Shown: in pieces, positions 8,858-22,110 of the stretch
Position numbering within the stretch: position 1 is the first letter of the stretch
How the letters are laid out: each line of letters opens with the position of its first letter
NCBI GenBank assembly: GCA_965243045.1
Contig: CBDETR010000004.1
Location: 160,308-224,307, forward strand
Source of the DNA: Alphaproteobacteria bacterium
GTDB lineage: Bacteria > Pseudomonadota > Alphaproteobacteria > JABAAW01 > JAHZMA01
Direction of reading: 5' to 3'
Length of the DNA stretch: 64,000 nt
Made by a program: the position numbers and the translations under genes
Notes under the pieces: model-generated
Told to the model about the DNA's origin: nothing
Databases searched by the model: none
What the model saw: only the letters and a program-made list of their open reading frames with translations

Positions 8858-9389
8858 CAGCTGAAACCCCTTTGCCTTCACGATTATGGATAATCTCACT
8901 TACTTTTTTGCCACGCCTTAACGCCACTTGCCTTGGTGAATCTGATTCATACAAGCCCTTAAAAGCCGCCTTAATCATATTGTAAGGATTTGATGAACCC
9001 ATGGATTTTACCACAACATCTGAAACGCCTAAAGCTTCAAATACCGCACGAATAGGTCCGCCAGCAATGATGCCCGTACCCGGAGGAGCCGCACGCATCA
9101 ACACACGCCCCATACCAAATTTACCATTCATATCATGATGCAATGTCCGCCCTTCACGCAACGGCACATGGCGCATATTTTTATGGGCCTGTTCGGATGC
9201 TTTGCGAATGGCTTCTGGCACTTCACGCGCTTTGCCTGAACCAAAGCCTGCTTTGCCTTGCCCATCGCCAACAACCACTAATGCTGCAAAACCAAATCTG
9301 CGACCACCTTTAACCACTTTAGCAACACGGTTAATCGCCACTAATTTTTCTACAATGTTACTTTCTTGTGCTGCTGCTTCACGCGCCAT
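8850..9389 (-). CDS. rpsE: 30S ribosomal protein S5
   Basis: 179 aa containing [25 protein letters not shown]. Confidence 0.95.
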   Translation of the reverse strand: MAREAAAQESNIVEKLVAINRVAKVVKGGRRFGFAALVVVGDGQGKAGFGSGKAREVPEAIRKASEQAHKNMRHVPLREGRTLHHDMNGKFGMGRVLMRAAPPGTGIIAGGPIRAVFEALGVSDVVVKSMGSSNPYNMIKAAFKGLYESDSPRQVALRRGKKVSEIIHNREGKGVSADG

Positions 9390-9410
9390 TTGTTAATCCC
9401 ATTCCAAATC

Positions 9411-9767
9411 TTAAAATTTTAATCCGGCTTTACGCGCACCTTCAGCCACAGCCTTCACGCGCCCATGATACATAAAACCACCACGGTCAAATACAATTTC
9501 CTTGATGCCTGCATCTAATGCACGCTTTCCAATATTTTCACCAATTTGATTGGCTTTTTCAATCGCTTTGCCTGAAAGTTTGCCACCTTTTTCAATCGAT
9601 GATGCGGATACCAATGTTTTGCTCTCATTATCATTAATAATTTGTGCATAGATATGCTTATTCGAACGAAACACAGTTAAGCGCGGGTAATCACCCTTCA
9701 TTCTTTGCCTAATCTGATACCGCGTCCGTGATTGACGCCGCTTAAAAAGTTGTCTTGTTGTTAACAT
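9411..9767 (-). CDS. rplR: 50S ribosomal protein L18
   Basis: 118 aa with [18 protein letters not shown]; position in spc operon. Confidence 0.9.
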   Translation of the reverse strand: MLTTRQLFKRRQSRTRYQIRQRMKGDYPRLTVFRSNKHIYAQIINDNESKTLVSASSIEKGGKLSGKAIEKANQIGENIGKRALDAGIKEIVFDRGGFMYHGRVKAVAEGARKAGLKF

Positions 9768-9773
9768 AACATC

Positions 9774-10313
9774 CTATTTCTTCTTGCCTTCTTTACGCAA
9801 AATAAATTCATTCTGATAACGCACACCCTTACCTTTATAAGGTTCAGGCGGACGGTAACCGCGAATTTCACTGGCAATCTGTCCAACACGTTGGTTATCA
9901 ATACCAGAAACTTTCACAACATTATTTCTATCACCCTCAACCATTACTTTGATATCAGATGGAACTTTATAAATCACCTCATGGCTAAATCCAAGCGATA
10001 ATTGAATATCCGTGCCTTTCATCTGTGCACGATAACCAACACCTTCAATCTCTAATGTCTTGGTAAAGCCTTCGGTAACACCTGTAATGGCATTGCTAAT
10101 ATTGCGTTGCATCGTGCCCCACATCATACGGTTTTTCTTCGCCATATTTTTTGGCATCACTTGAATAATCGCATCTGCCTTAGAAACATCTACCAAATCA
10201 TTATTAATAATTTTACGAACGCCCAACTTACCTTTTACTTCGATATGCTCCGCGCCTAAAGTGACTTCAACACCCTCAGGAATAACAACTGGACTTTTTC
10301 CGATACGTGACAT
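9774..10313 (-). CDS. rplF: 50S ribosomal protein L6
   Basis: 179 aa starting MSRIGKSPVVIPEGVEV. Confidence 0.95.
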   Translation of the reverse strand: MSRIGKSPVVIPEGVEVTLGAEHIEVKGKLGVRKIINNDLVDVSKADAIIQVMPKNMAKKNRMMWGTMQRNISNAITGVTEGFTKTLEIEGVGYRAQMKGTDIQLSLGFSHEVIYKVPSDIKVMVEGDRNNVVKVSGIDNQRVGQIASEIRGYRPPEPYKGKGVRYQNEFILRKEGKKK

Positions 10314-10331
10314 TTTTAATTTATCCTTAAC

Positions 10332-10730
10332 CTAGAATACCTGACACAGCACTTCGCCACCCAGATTTTGTTGCCGTGCCTCGTAATCTGCCATAACCCC
10401 TTTTGAGGTAGAAAGAATCGACACGCCTAAACCATTATAAACACGCCCTAAGCCTTTAATGCCAGAATAAACTCTTCTGCCGGGTTTAGAAACACGTGAT
10501 ATTTCTCTGATGACTGGCTTGCCTTCGTAATATTTCAACTCAACAATAATTTCTTTGATACCCTCACGAATATCAATTGAATTAAAAGCACGAATATAAC
10601 CTTCTTGCTGTAGAATATTCAGCACACTCAACCGCATTTTTGAATAAGGCATACGCACATCATCTTTGCCTGCCATCAATCCATTTCTGATACGGGTGAG
10701 CATATCACCCAAAGGGTCTGTCATTGCCAT
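10332..10730 (-). CDS. rpsH: 30S ribosomal protein S8
   Basis: 132 aa with TDPLGDMLTRIRNG. Confidence 0.95.
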   Translation of the reverse strand: MAMTDPLGDMLTRIRNGLMAGKDDVRMPYSKMRLSVLNILQQEGYIRAFNSIDIREGIKEIIVELKYYEGKPVIREISRVSKPGRRVYSGIKGLGRVYNGLGVSILSTSKGVMADYEARQQNLGGEVLCQVF

Positions 10731-10743
10731 ATTTTAATTTCCC

Positions 10744-11049
10744 TTACCAACTTGACTTCGTTACACCGGGCACTAAACCAGCCGAAGCTAGATCGCGCAA
10801 TGCAATACGAGACATTTTAAATTTACGATAATAAGCACGCGGCCTGCCAGTTATTTCGCAACGATTACGCGCCCGAACTTTGCTGCTTGTGCGTGGCAAT
10901 TTTGCCAACCGCAATTGTGCTTCAAACCTTTCACTTGCAGGTTTTGTTTTATCTTGAATAATTTTTTTCAAACGCGCCCGTTTTTCTTGCGCACTTGCAA
11001 TCTTCTTTATCACTTTTTGATTGCGTAAAATCGCACTTTTCTTTGCCAT
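10744..11049 (-). CDS. rpsN: 30S ribosomal protein S14
   Basis: 101 aa, long-form S14 ([28 protein letters not shown]). Confidence 0.9.
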   Translation of the reverse strand: MAKKSAILRNQKVIKKIASAQEKRARLKKIIQDKTKPASERFEAQLRLAKLPRTSSKVRARNRCEITGRPRAYYRKFKMSRIALRDLASAGLVPGVTKSSW

Positions 11050-11060
11050 TCAATCGCTCC

Positions 11061-11615
11061 CTAACTAACAATCGGTAAATTAAAGCCACGCAATAAAGCT
11101 GCTGCTTCATCATTGCTATTGGCGGTGGTGCAAATCACAATATCCATACCACGCACTTTATCTATCTTATCATAATTGATTTCAGTAAAAACAAGCTGTT
11201 CTTTAAGACCAAAAGCATAATTGCCACGCCCATCAAAACTTTTAACACTTAAACCACGAAAATCACGCACACGTGGCAAAGCTGTGTTCACCAGCCTATC
11301 TAAAAATTCATACATTTTTTTACGGCGCAACGTCACTTTTGTGCCAATCACCATATTTTCACGCAACTTAAATGTAGCAATTGATTGCTTTGCCCGCGTT
11401 GTGACCGGTTTTTGCCCGCTAATCAATGTTAAATCAGCCAATGCGCCTTCAATATTTTTTCTATCCGAAACCGCTTCCCCAACACCAATATTAATCACAA
11501 TCTTATCCAAACGTGCCGGTTGCATCACATTCTTATAATCAAATTGCTCCATTAATTGCTGACGAACTTTGTCGTCATACATTTTTTGCAAGCGCGGAAT
11601 ATATTTTTCAGCCAT
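11061..11615 (-). CDS. rplE: 50S ribosomal protein L5
   Basis: 184 aa in the expected L5 position. Confidence 0.9.
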   Translation of the reverse strand: MAEKYIPRLQKMYDDKVRQQLMEQFDYKNVMQPARLDKIVINIGVGEAVSDRKNIEGALADLTLISGQKPVTTRAKQSIATFKLRENMVIGTKVTLRRKKMYEFLDRLVNTALPRVRDFRGLSVKSFDGRGNYAFGLKEQLVFTEINYDKIDKVRGMDIVICTTANSNDEAAALLRGFNLPIVS

Positions 11616-11633
11616 TTTAATCTCTCAACAAAC

Positions 11634-11948
11634 CTATACAATCATTGCGCCTGAACGCCTTGTGATACGGATTTTTTTACCCTTATCATCAGTTTTAAAA
11701 CCAACACGTGTTGCTTTACCATCTTTAGGATCAACCAATGCAACATTAGAAATATGCAAAGGCATTTCTTTAGGAATAATACCGCCTTCCGTTGTTCTTG
11801 AAGGCTTAGTATGCCGCCTAACCATATTAATGCCACGCACCAAAACACGGTCTTTTTTAATGAGCATCTCAGTAACTTCACCGGTTTTTCCTTTGTCTTT
11901 ACCCGTGAGCACAATTACCTTATCGCCTTTTTTAATCTTCGCAGCCAT
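11634..11948 (-). CDS. rplX: 50S ribosomal protein L24
   Basis: 104 aa with [22 protein letters not shown] (KOW). Confidence 0.9.
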   Translation of the reverse strand: MAAKIKKGDKVIVLTGKDKGKTGEVTEMLIKKDRVLVRGINMVRRHTKPSRTTEGGIIPKEMPLHISNVALVDPKDGKATRVGFKTDDKGKKIRITRRSGAMIV

Positions 11949-11956
11949 TATTTTAC

Positions 11957-12325
11957 CTATAATACTTCCGGTGCCAATGAAACAATCTTCATATAGCGTT
12001 TTTGTCTTAATTCTCGCACAACTGGACCAAAAATCCGTGTGCCAATAGGCTCACCTTGCTTATTGATAAGCACAGCAGCATTTCTATCAAACCGAATGGC
12101 AGAACCATCAGCACGGCGAACAGAATGTACTGTCCGAACAATCACTGCCCGATGAACATCACCTTTTTTGACTCTGCCACGTGGAATAGCTTGTTTTACT
12201 GAAACCACAATCACATCGCCAACGCCTGCCGTTCTACGCTTAGAACCACCCAATACTTTGATACATTGTACAGTGCGTGCACCCGAATTATCGGCAACAT
12301 TCATCCTTGTTTGCATTTGTATCAT
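11957..12325 (-). CDS. rplN: 50S ribosomal protein L14
   Basis: [17 protein letters not shown]...; 122 aa. Confidence 0.95.
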   Translation of the reverse strand: MIQMQTRMNVADNSGARTVQCIKVLGGSKRRTAGVGDVIVVSVKQAIPRGRVKKGDVHRAVIVRTVHSVRRADGSAIRFDRNAAVLINKQGEPIGTRIFGPVVRELRQKRYMKIVSLAPEVL

Positions 12326-12349
12326 TTTTCTTGCTCCTGCAACAATCTG

Positions 12350-12592
12350 CTACGGTTTTTGATTAACACTGACCAACTCCCAACATTTACGCTTGGAAAT
12401 AGGACGGCATTCCTGAATATTAACAACATCACCCATTTTTGCCTGACTGGTTGCATCATGCGCCATGAATTTTTTAGATTTCTTGATAATCTTTTTATAT
12501 AAAGGATGGCGAACCCTACGTTCAACACGAACGATAATGGTTTGTTCACCCTTATCGGAAACGACAAGTCCTTGTAATATACGTTTTGGCAT
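12350..12592 (-). CDS. rpsQ: 30S ribosomal protein S17
   Basis: 80 aa with [32 protein letters not shown]. Confidence 0.9.
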   Translation of the reverse strand: MPKRILQGLVVSDKGEQTIIVRVERRVRHPLYKKIIKKSKKFMAHDATSQAKMGDVVNIQECRPISKRKCWELVSVNQKP

Positions 12593-12602
12593 CTATGGCT
12601 CC

Positions 12603-12806
12603 CTAATTACTCACAGCTTTTAGCTTGTTTTGTGTCATCACAGTTTTTATTTTGGCAATATCGCGCCTTACAATCCGCATTCTGCCAGTATTTTCCAACT
12701 GACCCGCCGCCTGACGAAACCGCAAATTCATTTGCTCACGCCGAAGATTATTCAGCTCGTCCTGCAACTCGCTCACTGTTTTTTGCCTAATGTCACTTAC
12801 CTTCAT
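12603..12806 (-). CDS. rpmC: 50S ribosomal protein L29
   Basis: 67 aa with [21 protein letters not shown]. Confidence 0.85.
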   Translation of the reverse strand: MKVSDIRQKTVSELQDELNNLRREQMNLRFRQAAGQLENTGRMRIVRRDIAKIKTVMTQNKLKAVSN

Positions 12807-12812
12807 GGCTAA

Positions 12813-13223
12813 TTATCCAATCCGACTGATAAATTTTGTTTTGATAGGTAATTTTGCCGCCGCCAATTCTAATGCACGCCGTGCAACAACTTCAGAAACA
12901 CCATCCATCTCAAACATGATTCTGCCGGGCTTCACCCGCGCCACCCAATATTCAGGTGAACCTTTACCTTTGCCCATCCGCACTTCAGCAGGCTTGCCTG
13001 ATACTGGTACATCTGGAAAAATTCTAATCCACACATTGCCTTGCCTTCTAACATGGCGTACAATGGCACGCCGTGCAGCTTCAATCTGACGGGCTGTAAT
13101 CCGTTCTGCTTCTTGCGCTTTCAAACCAAATTGACCAAAGCTAAGTGAAATGCCACCGGTTGCTTTGCCTTTGATTCTGCCCTTATGGGCTTTGCGATAT
13201 TTTGTTCTTTTCGGACTTAACAT
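12813..13223 (-). CDS. rplP: 50S ribosomal protein L16
   Basis: [19 protein letters not shown]...; 136 aa. Confidence 0.95.
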   Translation of the reverse strand: MLSPKRTKYRKAHKGRIKGKATGGISLSFGQFGLKAQEAERITARQIEAARRAIVRHVRRQGNVWIRIFPDVPVSGKPAEVRMGKGKGSPEYWVARVKPGRIMFEMDGVSEVVARRALELAAAKLPIKTKFISRIG

Positions 13224-13232
13224 CTTACTTCC

Positions 13233-13919
13233 CTAATTTTGTCTCACAGAAAAATTGTCATTCATTTGCTTATCATGCCCCATGGGGTCATGCGCCATGA
13301 TTTCACCTTTGAAAATCCACACTTTCACGCCACAAATGCCATAAGTGGTATGTGCTGATGCTGTACCATAATCAATATCGGCGCGTAAAGTATGCAAAGG
13401 CACTTGCCCTTCACGATACCATTCAACCCGTGCAATTTCTGCACCGCCTAAACGGCCACCACAATTAATACGGATACCAAGCGCACCCATACGTAATGTA
13501 TTTTGCACCGCGCGTTTCATCACACGGCGAAAGGCAACCCGACGCTCTAATTGTTGTGCAATATTTTGTGCAACAAAAATCGCATCTAAATCAGGCTTTT
13601 TAATTTCATGCACATTCAACGATACTTCTTCACCATCTAATTTATTAAGACGGCTACGCAATTTTTCAATATCACCACCTTTTTTACCGATGATAACACC
13701 CGGACGTGCTGTATAAATTGTCACACGTGGTTTTTGTGCAGGGCGTTCAATTAAAACACGCGACACACCCGCAGTGGCTAGATTTTCCATGATATAATTT
13801 CGCAAGCGCAAATCACGATGCAACAATTCACCATAACGCTCTTTATCAGCAAACCAACGCGAATCCCATGTACGGTTAATGCCCAACCTTAAGCCTATTG
13901 GATTAACTTTTTGTCCCAT
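13233..13919 (-). CDS. rpsC: 30S ribosomal protein S3
   Basis: [24 protein letters not shown]...; 228 aa. Confidence 0.95.
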   Translation of the reverse strand: MGQKVNPIGLRLGINRTWDSRWFADKERYGELLHRDLRLRNYIMENLATAGVSRVLIERPAQKPRVTIYTARPGVIIGKKGGDIEKLRSRLNKLDGEEVSLNVHEIKKPDLDAIFVAQNIAQQLERRVAFRRVMKRAVQNTLRMGALGIRINCGGRLGGAEIARVEWYREGQVPLHTLRADIDYGTASAHTTYGICGVKVWIFKGEIMAHDPMGHDKQMNDNFSVRQN

Positions 13920-13925
13920 TCGCGC

Positions 13926-14285
13926 CTACTCCTGCTCTTCGCGTAAAATAATCGTCATGCGGGAAAAAGGCTTTACAATTCTTGCCCCGCGTCCACGTGC
14001 CCGTGCCCGAAAACGTTTCATAATAATTTGTTTGCCAACCCATGCTTCTTTGATAACCAATCTATCAATATCAAGCTGGCGGTTATTTTCTGCATTGGCA
14101 ATCGCCGCCTGCAAAATTTTTCTGACATCACCTGCAATGCGCCTTTTGCTAAATTGCAAATCAATAAGCGCGCGGGAAACATTTTTACCGCGAATTAATC
14201 CTGCAACTAGATTCAATTTCTGCGGTGATACCCGCAAAAATTTTCCAATCGCAATCGCTTCATTTTCTGCCAATTTCATTGCCAT
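13926..14285 (-). CDS. rplV: 50S ribosomal protein L22
   Basis: 119 aa with [20 protein letters not shown]. Confidence 0.9.
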   Translation of the reverse strand: MAMKLAENEAIAIGKFLRVSPQKLNLVAGLIRGKNVSRALIDLQFSKRRIAGDVRKILQAAIANAENNRQLDIDRLVIKEAWVGKQIIMKRFRARARGRGARIVKPFSRMTIILREEQE

Positions 14286-14287
14286 GA

Positions 14288-14569
14288 TTATTTCTTAACC
14301 TTCTTCTTATCAACGCCATGCCCATAATATGTACGTGTCGGAGAAAATTCACCAAATTTATGCCCAATCATGTCTTCAGACACAAAAACAGGAATAAATT
14401 TTTTACCATTATGAACGGCATAAGTGAAGCCTACAAATTGTGGTAAAATGGTCGACCGGCGTGACCAAGTTTTAATCACATCTTTTCTGCCCGATTCACG
14501 TACCACTTCTGTTTTCTTCAGAAGATAACCATCAATAAAAGGACCTTTCCATACTGAACGTGCCATCAA
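14288..14569 (-). CDS. rpsS: 30S ribosomal protein S19
   Basis: [18 protein letters not shown]...; 93 aa. Confidence 0.95.
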   Translation of the reverse strand: MMARSVWKGPFIDGYLLKKTEVVRESGRKDVIKTWSRRSTILPQFVGFTYAVHNGKKFIPVFVSEDMIGHKFGEFSPTRTYYGHGVDKKKVKK

Positions 14570-14578
14570 TTATGCTCC

Positions 14579-15418
14579 CTAGCGATTCTTTTTCTGTCTG
14601 CGACGAATGATATATTTATCAGTCGCCTTGTTAGAACGTGTTTTCTTACCCTTAGTTGGCACACCCCACGGTGTTACCGGATGACGCCCGCCCGATGTGC
14701 GTCCCTCACCACCACCATGTGGGTGGTCAACTGGATTCATGGCAACGCCACGCACAGAAGGACGTCTTCCAAGCCAGCGATTACGCCCGGCTTTACCAAG
14801 TTTGATATTTTTCTTATCCTGATTTGAAACCGCACCAATCGATGCCATACATTCACCACGCACAATACGCAATTCACCACTAATCAGTTTCAACTGTGCA
14901 TAACCTTGGTCGCGCCCAACAAGCTGGGCATAGCTTCCTGCCGCACGTATCATTTGCGCGCCTTTGCCGGGTTTCATTTCTACATTATGAATAATCGAAC
15001 CAATGGGGATATAATTCAATGGCATCGCATTGCCCGGTTGCACATCTACAGCCTTTTGACTGGAAACCACCTTATCACCTGCCTGTAACTTTTGCGGAGC
15101 AATAATATAAGATAATGTATCATCTTCATATTTAACCAAAGCAATAAAAGCAGAACGATTGGGGTCATATTCTAACCGTTCAACAGTCGCAATCATTTCA
15201 AATTTATTACGCTTAAAATCGACAATACGATATTTACGCTTATGCCCGCCGCCACGGCGACGTGAGGTAATGCGTCCAAGATTATTTCTGCCACCTGAAC
15301 TGCTCAAGCCAAAACTTAACGCCTTCACAGGCTTGCCCTTATGAAGCTCGCTACGGTCGGTTTGAATCAAACCGCGTTGCCCGGGAGTTGTTGGTTTATA
15401 AAGCTTTAATGCCATCAA
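14579..15418 (-). CDS. rplB: 50S ribosomal protein L2
   Basis: 279 aa with [26 protein letters not shown]. Confidence 0.95.
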   Translation of the reverse strand: MMALKLYKPTTPGQRGLIQTDRSELHKGKPVKALSFGLSSSGGRNNLGRITSRRRGGGHKRKYRIVDFKRNKFEMIATVERLEYDPNRSAFIALVKYEDDTLSYIIAPQKLQAGDKVVSSQKAVDVQPGNAMPLNYIPIGSIIHNVEMKPGKGAQMIRAAGSYAQLVGRDQGYAQLKLISGELRIVRGECMASIGAVSNQDKKNIKLGKAGRNRWLGRRPSVRGVAMNPVDHPHGGGEGRTSGGRHPVTPWGVPTKGKKTRSNKATDKYIIRRRQKKNR

Positions 15419-15437
15419 TCTTTCCTAAAAAAATCTC

Positions 15438-15764
15438 TTAAACAGTTGCGCCAAAATCAATTGAATCACCATCTGCCAAGCGAACAATTGCTTTTTTACT
15501 ATTATTCCGCGTGCCCATTACACCACGAAAACGTTTTGTTTTACCTTTGCTGATGCTCGTATTCACTGCTTCCACTTTCACAGAAAACACTTTTTCAACA
15601 GCTTCCTTAATCTCATATTTAGTGGCATCCATCGCCACCTTAAAACTATATTCATTCCGCTCAGCGCCAAAGGTTGATTTTTCTGTAACCAATGGTGAAC
15701 GCAACAAAGCATGCGCGCGCTCCACGCTAATATTTACAGCCTTACGATAATATCTCCAGCTCAT
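15438..15764 (-). CDS. rplW: 50S ribosomal protein L23
   Basis: 108 aa with [40 protein letters not shown]. Confidence 0.9.
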   Translation of the reverse strand: MSWRYYRKAVNISVERAHALLRSPLVTEKSTFGAERNEYSFKVAMDATKYEIKEAVEKVFSVKVEAVNTSISKGKTKRFRGVMGTRNNSKKAIVRLADGDSIDFGATV

Positions 15765-16381
15765 GCTAGCCTCGCTTCTAATAAATTAACTGCTTCTTTG
15801 GTTAGCACCAATTTTTCACGCCGTAAAATATCATAAACATTCGCGCCTTGATAGCATAAACCATCAATTTTTGGAATATTACTAATCGCTTTTGAGAAGT
15901 TCGCATTCAATTCATTACCGCCAACAATCAAAGCATTATCAATCGCAAGTTTTTGCAATTTCTTTTTCAAATCAACTGTTTTAGGCGATGCCAATGCAAC
16001 ATCATCTAAAATGGTTAAATTGCCTTCAACTGCTTTCATAGAAAGCGCACTTCTTAAAGCCAAAGCCCGTACTTTTTTAGGCAAACCTGCTTCATAAGAA
16101 CGTGGCGCAGGACCAAATGGAATACCACCACCGCGAAATTGTGTTGCCTTACGGTTACCATGACGCGCACCGCCTGAACCTTTTTGGCGAACGAATTTAC
16201 GGGTTGAACCCACAACTTCATTACGTCTTTTCGTTTTATGCGTACCGGCACGTCTTTTTGCAAGTTGCCATGTGACCATCCGCGCCATCACATCAGAGCG
16301 GACATCAATCTTGAATACTGCATCATCGAGTGTAATATCACCCGCAGCCGCATTATCCAATGTTATCACTTTCATTTTCAT
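15761..16381 (-). CDS. rplD: 50S ribosomal protein L4
   Basis: 206 aa in the expected L4 position; overlaps rplW by 4 nt. Confidence 0.9.
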   Translation of the reverse strand: MKMKVITLDNAAAGDITLDDAVFKIDVRSDVMARMVTWQLAKRRAGTHKTKRRNEVVGSTRKFVRQKGSGGARHGNRKATQFRGGGIPFGPAPRSYEAGLPKKVRALALRSALSMKAVEGNLTILDDVALASPKTVDLKKKLQKLAIDNALIVGGNELNANFSKAISNIPKIDGLCYQGANVYDILRREKLVLTKEAVNLLEARLA

Positions 16382-16386
16382 CGATT

Positions 16387-17172
16387 CTACTCGCTTTTAT
16401 CTTCTGAAGTGACTTTTTCAGCTGGTGCTGATTGCGTATCGGCTTTTTGAGATGATTTGTTATTATCCGTCACTTTTAATTCAGCACGCATATCAGCGGC
16501 TGCACGAACAGATGCAGGAAAAACTGCCTCGCTTGGCGTAGATTTTTTAACGGCATCACGCAACAATACCCAGCTATTCTTGGCACCGGGCACACCGCCA
16601 CGTACTAATATCAAGCCATTTTCGCTATCACTACGAAATACTTTTAAATTTTGAACTTGCACATTTCTGGCACCCATATGCCCTGCCATTTTTTTGCCCT
16701 TAAAGACTTTGCCGGGATATTGGCACTGACCTGTAGAACCATGCGAACGGTGCGAGATAGACACGCCATGAGTGGCACGCAAGCCACTGAAATTATGGCG
16801 TTTCATGGCACCGGCAAAACCTTTACCAATAGAAACAGACGATACATCAACATATTGACCTTCTACAAAATGGTCTGCTAAAAGCTCATCACCTATATTC
16901 AGTAAATTATCGTTGCTGACGCGAAATTCCGCCACTTTTGCTTTTGGTAAAATTTTATTCTTTTTGTAAGTGCCAGCCTGTGGTTTTTTGACACGGCTTT
17001 GCTTACGCCCACCCGCGCCCAATACAACTGCATCGTAACCATGTTTGCTGTTATCGCGAACATCAACAACCTGCAATGATTCCAGCTTTAACACTGTCAC
17101 CGGCACATGTTCACCTTCCTCACTATAACAGTGAGTCATGCCAACTTTTTTTGCGATAAGCCCTGTGCGCAT
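16387..17172 (-). CDS. rplC: 50S ribosomal protein L3 (with short acidic/lysine-rich C-terminal tail)
   Basis: [13 protein letters not shown]...; 261 aa, with the last ~35 aa low-complexity ([29 protein letters not shown]). Confidence 0.9.
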   Translation of the reverse strand: MRTGLIAKKVGMTHCYSEEGEHVPVTVLKLESLQVVDVRDNSKHGYDAVVLGAGGRKQSRVKKPQAGTYKKNKILPKAKVAEFRVSNDNLLNIGDELLADHFVEGQYVDVSSVSIGKGFAGAMKRHNFSGLRATHGVSISHRSHGSTGQCQYPGKVFKGKKMAGHMGARNVQVQNLKVFRSDSENGLILVRGGVPGAKNSWVLLRDAVKKSTPSEAVFPASVRAAADMRAELKVTDNNKSSQKADTQSAPAEKVTSEDKSE

Positions 17173-17189
17173 AATGCCCAGCTCCTTAC

Positions 17190-17498
17190 TTAAATCTTAA
17201 TATCTACTTCAACGCCAGAAGCTAAATCTAACTTCATCAGCGCATCAACGGTTTGCGGATTAGGATCAATAATATCCAACAAGCGTTTATGAGTTCGAAC
17301 CTCAAATTGCTCACGACTCTTTTTATCGATATGCGGGGAACGCAAAACGGTAAATTTTTCAATTCGTGTTGGCAAAGGAATGGGACCACGAATTTGCGCC
17401 CCTGTCCGCTTTGCCGTATTCACGATTTCAGCCGTTGATTGATCCAACACCCGATGGTCAAAAGCCTTCAAACGAATGCGAATATTTTGACTATCCAT
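17190..17498 (-). CDS. rpsJ: 30S ribosomal protein S10
   Basis: [21 protein letters not shown]...; 102 aa. Confidence 0.95.
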   Translation of the reverse strand: MDSQNIRIRLKAFDHRVLDQSTAEIVNTAKRTGAQIRGPIPLPTRIEKFTVLRSPHIDKKSREQFEVRTHKRLLDIIDPNPQTVDALMKLDLASGVEVDIKI

Positions 17499-17510
17499 AA
17501 TTTCTATTCT

Positions 17511-18701
17511 CTATTCAACAATTTTCGTTACAACGCCCGCACCCACTGTGCGACCACCTTCACGAATAGCGAAACGTAAGCCTTCATCCATTGCAATTGG
17601 TGCAATCAATTGGGCCACCATTTTAACATTATCGCCCGGCATCACCATTTCAGTGCCAGATGGCAATTCAACTGAACCAGTTACATCCGTTGTTCTAAAA
17701 TAGAATTGTGGACGGTAATTGCTAAAGAATGGCGTATGACGACCACCCTCATCTTTGCTCAAAATATAAGCTTCACATTCAAATTTTGTATGCGGATTAA
17801 TGCTACCGGGTTTTGCTAATACTTGCCCACGCTCAACATTATCACGGTCAATACCGCGCAATAGCGCACCAATATTATCACCTGCTTCACCTTGGTCAAG
17901 CAATTTGCGGAACATTTCAACGCCTGTGCAAGTTGTTTTGGTAGTATCTTTAATACCAACAATTTCAATTTCTTCACCAACTTTAACCACACCACGTTCT
18001 ACACGACCTGTTACAACCGTGCCACGACCAGAAATTGTGAACACATCTTCAATGGGCATCAAGAATGGCTTATCTTTATCCCGTTGAGGTTGCGGAATGC
18101 ACTCATCAACCGCTTTCATCAATTCAATGATTTTATTCTTGCCAATCTCATCATCGCGCCCTTCTAATGCTGCCAAAGCAGAACCTGAAATAATAGGAAT
18201 ATCATCACCGGGGAATTCATAGCTTGAAAGTAACTCGCGCACTTCCAATTCTACCAATTCAAGCAATTCAGGGTCATCAACTTGGTCAACTTTGTTTAAG
18301 AATACCACAATGGCAGGCACACCCACTTGACGCGCCAAAACAATATGCTCACGCGTTTGAGGCATTGGCCCATCAGCAGCATTCACCACCAAAATTGCGC
18401 CATCCATTTGCGCCGCGCCTGTAATCATGTTTTTCACATAATCGGCATGTCCCGGGCAATCCACATGGGCATAATGTCGATTTGCAGTTTCATATTCCAC
18501 ATGCGCTGTGTTAATGGTGATACCGCGCGCTTTTTCTTCAGGCGCTTTATCAATATTTTCGTAATCCATGAAATTCGCGCCACCAAATTCAGATAACACT
18601 TTCGTGATAGCTGCTGTAAGCGTTGTTTTACCATGGTCAACGTGACCAACCGTACCAATATTACAATGCGGTTTATTACGTTGAAATTTTTCTTTAGACA
18701 T
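17511..18701 (-). CDS. tuf: elongation factor Tu
   Basis: 396 aa with [45 protein letters not shown]. Confidence 0.97.
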   Translation of the reverse strand: MSKEKFQRNKPHCNIGTVGHVDHGKTTLTAAITKVLSEFGGANFMDYENIDKAPEEKARGITINTAHVEYETANRHYAHVDCPGHADYVKNMITGAAQMDGAILVVNAADGPMPQTREHIVLARQVGVPAIVVFLNKVDQVDDPELLELVELEVRELLSSYEFPGDDIPIISGSALAALEGRDDEIGKNKIIELMKAVDECIPQPQRDKDKPFLMPIEDVFTISGRGTVVTGRVERGVVKVGEEIEIVGIKDTTKTTCTGVEMFRKLLDQGEAGDNIGALLRGIDRDNVERGQVLAKPGSINPHTKFECEAYILSKDEGGRHTPFFSNYRPQFYFRTTDVTGSVELPSGTEMVMPGDNVKMVAQLIAPIAMDEGLRFAIREGGRTVGAGVVTKIVE

Positions 18702-18747
18702 TGCGAATTACCCCTATATGAATGAGAGAAAAGTTAAACATCAAAAA

Positions 18748-20820
18748 CTACCCCGCAAGTTTCGCGCGAACTTCGTCGGCAACAGCTTGTGGCACAGGTT
18801 CGTAATGGTCAAAAACCATTGTGTATTGCGCTCTTCCTTGAGAGAGAGACCGCAAATTATTAACATAGCCGAACATAGTGGCAAGTGGCACCATTGCACT
18901 GATAACACGAGCAATTCCTCGTTGTTCCATGCTTGATACTTGCCCACGACGGCTATTAAGATCACCGATAATATCACCCATATATTCCTCAGGGGTGACA
19001 ACCTCAACCTTCATAATTGGTTCTAATAATTTAGGATTTGCCTTTTTCATGCCTTCATTAAAGGCAGCACGTGCGGCAATTTCAAATGCCATCACAGATG
19101 AATCCACATCATGATAAGCGCCATCAGTTAATTCTACTGAAACATTAATCACAGGGAAACCAGCAACACAGCCTGAACCCATAGAATGTTTCAAGCCTTT
19201 TTCAACACCCGGAATATATTCACGGGGGACATTACCGCCAACAATCTTGCTCTTAAATTCAAAGCCTTCATCATTCGGACGGAACATTAATTTCACGCGT
19301 GCAAATTGACCCGCACCACCACTTTGTTTCTTATGGGTGTAATCCACTTCAGCCTCACGGGTAATTGTTTCACGATAAGCAACTTGTGGCGCGCCAATAT
19401 TCGCATCCACCTTAAATTCACGTTTTAATCTATCAATGATAATCTCTAAGTGAAGCTCACCCATACCTTTGATAATCGTTTGTCCGCTCTCCATATCACT
19501 GGTAACACGGAAACTTGGGTCCTCAGCTGCCAAACGCCCAAGTGCCATACCCATTTTTTCTTGGTCGACTTTTGTTTTTGGCTCAACGGCAATCTCAATC
19601 ACAGGGTCCGGAAATTCCATACGCTCAAGCACAATTGGCTTGTCAATATCACATAATGTATCACCGGTTGTGGTATCTTTCAAACCGCACAAAGCAACAA
19701 TATCACCCGCATAGGCTTCTTTCACATCTTCACGCGAATTTGCATGCATCAATAACATTCTACCAATGCGCTCTTTTTTATCTTTAACAGAGTTAATCAA
19801 TGTTTGCCCAGCTTCTAACTGACCTGAATAAACCCGCACAAAAGTTAATGTACCCACATAAGGGTCGTTCATAATTTTGAATGCCAACACACTACAAGGC
19901 GTATCATCACTTGATACACGGCTATCAGCCTCTTCTAAATCCATCTTCATGCCTTGCACAGGAGGCAAATCAAGTGGCGATGGCAAATAATCAATCACCG
20001 CATCTAACAAAGGCTGAACGCCTTTATTCTTAAAAGCTGTTCCACATAAAACTGGCACAAACGCACCATCAAGTGTGCCTTTGCGAATACATGTAATAAT
20101 CTGTTCCGCGTTTGGAATTTCGCCTTCTAAATAGGCTTCCATCACCGCATCATTATGTTCAACAACAGATTCTAATAATTGCTCGCGATACTCATCTGCC
20201 TGTGCCCTTAAATCCGCAGGAATATCTTCTTCTACAAATTCTGCACCCAGATTTTCAGCTTTCCAGCGAATGGCTTTCATCTTAATCAAATCAACCACGC
20301 CAACAAAATCAGCTTCTGCACCAATAGGAAGTTGCGTGACCAATGCCGTTGCACCCAACCTATCTTTAATCATTTCAATGGTACGAAAATAATCAGCACC
20401 AATTCTATCCATTTTATTGACGAAGCAAATGCGTGGCACATTATATTTATCTGCTTGACGCCATACAGTTTCTGATTGCGGTTCAACACCTGCAACTGAA
20501 TCAAAAACAGCAACCGCGCCATCTAACACGCGCAACGCCCGCTCAACCTCAATGGTGAAATCCACATGTCCCGGCGTATCAATAATATTAACCCGATGCT
20601 CTTTCCAAACGGCCGTTGTTGCCGCTGATGTAATGGTAATACCGCGTTCTTGCTCTTGTTCCATCCAGTCCATTGTGGCTTGACCATCATGCACTTCGCC
20701 AATCTTATGCGAACGTCCGGTGTAATATAAAATCCGTTCCGTCGTGGTGGTTTTACCCGCATCAATATGCGCCATAATACCAATATTACGATATTTACTT
20801 AATTCTGTTTCGCGTGCCAT
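18748..20820 (-). CDS. fusA: elongation factor G
   Basis: 690 aa with [31 protein letters not shown]. Confidence 0.97.
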   Translation of the reverse strand: MARETELSKYRNIGIMAHIDAGKTTTTERILYYTGRSHKIGEVHDGQATMDWMEQEQERGITITSAATTAVWKEHRVNIIDTPGHVDFTIEVERALRVLDGAVAVFDSVAGVEPQSETVWRQADKYNVPRICFVNKMDRIGADYFRTIEMIKDRLGATALVTQLPIGAEADFVGVVDLIKMKAIRWKAENLGAEFVEEDIPADLRAQADEYREQLLESVVEHNDAVMEAYLEGEIPNAEQIITCIRKGTLDGAFVPVLCGTAFKNKGVQPLLDAVIDYLPSPLDLPPVQGMKMDLEEADSRVSSDDTPCSVLAFKIMNDPYVGTLTFVRVYSGQLEAGQTLINSVKDKKERIGRMLLMHANSREDVKEAYAGDIVALCGLKDTTTGDTLCDIDKPIVLERMEFPDPVIEIAVEPKTKVDQEKMGMALGRLAAEDPSFRVTSDMESGQTIIKGMGELHLEIIIDRLKREFKVDANIGAPQVAYRETITREAEVDYTHKKQSGGAGQFARVKLMFRPNDEGFEFKSKIVGGNVPREYIPGVEKGLKHSMGSGCVAGFPVINVSVELTDGAYHDVDSSVMAFEIAARAAFNEGMKKANPKLLEPIMKVEVVTPEEYMGDIIGDLNSRRGQVSSMEQRGIARVISAMVPLATMFGYVNNLRSLSQGRAQYTMVFDHYEPVPQAVADEVRAKLAG

Positions 20821-20839
20821 TTTCTGCTATCTCTCAATT

Positions 20840-21313
20840 CTACCAACGATAATGTGCGAAGGCACGGTTTGCCTCAGCCATTTTATGCGTATCTTCACGC
20901 TTTTTAATCGTTGCACCACGCCCATTAGAGGTATCCAATAATTCTTGTGACAAACGTTCCATCATTGTATTTTCACTACGCTTGCGCGCATTGGCAATCA
21001 ACCATCTAAATGCCAACGCTTGCGCGCGACCTTCACGCACTTCAACCGGCACTTGATAGGTAGCACCACCCACACGGCGCGAACGCACTTCAATATCCGG
21101 ACATGCATTTTCAATCGCTTCATGGAATATTTCTAGTGGCTTATCCGTTGATGCTTTTTTCTTCATCAACTCAAGCGCACCATAAACGATTCTTTCTGCC
21201 ACTGATTTTTTACCATCCAGCATGACTGAATTAATAAATTTAGTCAGCCGAAGGTCCCCATAAATCGGGTCGGGAAGAACTTCACGTTTTTCTGCTCTGC
21301 GTCTGCGTGCCAT
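20840..21313 (-). CDS. rpsG: 30S ribosomal protein S7
   Basis: [20 protein letters not shown]...; 157 aa. Confidence 0.95.
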   Translation of the reverse strand: MARRRRAEKREVLPDPIYGDLRLTKFINSVMLDGKKSVAERIVYGALELMKKKASTDKPLEIFHEAIENACPDIEVRSRRVGGATYQVPVEVREGRAQALAFRWLIANARKRSENTMMERLSQELLDTSNGRGATIKKREDTHKMAEANRAFAHYRW

Positions 21314-21332
21314 AATCTATAACCTTACCATC

Positions 21333-21707
21333 TTACTTAGGACGTTTCACGCCATAAAGCGAACGACGTTTTTTTCTATCTTTAACGCCCTGCGTATCTT
21401 GTGTACCACGAATAATATGATAACGAACACCGGGTAAATCTTTTACACGACCGCCACGAATCAACACAACAGAATGTTCTTGCAAATTATGCCCTTCACC
21501 GGGAATGTATGAGGTAACCTCAAAACCATTGGTTAATCTAACCCGTGCAACTTTCCGCAAGGCTGAATTCGGCTTTTTCGGAGCCGTGGTATAAACCCGT
21601 GTGCATACGCCACGCCTTTGGGGACACGCCTGCAATGCCGGCACTTTATTACCAGCGTGCTTCGCTTTTCTTGGCTTCCGTACGAGTTGATTAATGGTTG
21701 GCATCAA
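21333..21707 (-). CDS. rpsL: 30S ribosomal protein S12
   Basis: [13 protein letters not shown]...[31 protein letters not shown]; 124 aa. Confidence 0.97.
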   Translation of the reverse strand: MMPTINQLVRKPRKAKHAGNKVPALQACPQRRGVCTRVYTTAPKKPNSALRKVARVRLTNGFEVTSYIPGEGHNLQEHSVVLIRGGRVKDLPGVRYHIIRGTQDTQGVKDRKKRRSLYGVKRPK

Positions 21708-22088
21708 TCATCCTTATCATAAATATCGTCAATCACACATATCAAAACATCTTACCTCACAACATAAAGAGGGCATGTTCTGACATCATATTCTTGAATT
21801 TTCGCGAGGAATTTATCCTACAATGAGATAACAAAAACACTTTCAGTCTAATTTAGCAAGCTAATTTAGTTTAACCGAATGTTTTGTTGCATTAGATTGG
21901 GAGTTCCGTTCAAGATACCTATAAAATCCTTCGCCATATTGGCTTGTTTGAATTTTACTTTTGTTGCCATAAATCATTATTTCAACAAAAAATATCCTGC
22001 GTAAACCCCTCACGCAATTTCGGAGCGAATATTAACCCAAAGCTTTGCCATCGTCAAGGGAAAACAAACAAAAATGCTATTATCTTGC

Positions 22089-22110
22089 TTATCGTTCATA
22101 ATAACGATAA
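22089..22110. promoter_or_regulatory. perfect palindrome TTATCGTT-cataat-AACGATAA ending 9 bp before the ATG of the P-loop gene (possible operator / translation-initiation-region hairpin)
   Basis: 8-bp arms and 6-bp spacer read from the sequence. No clear SD between it and the ATG at 22120. Confidence 0.3.
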
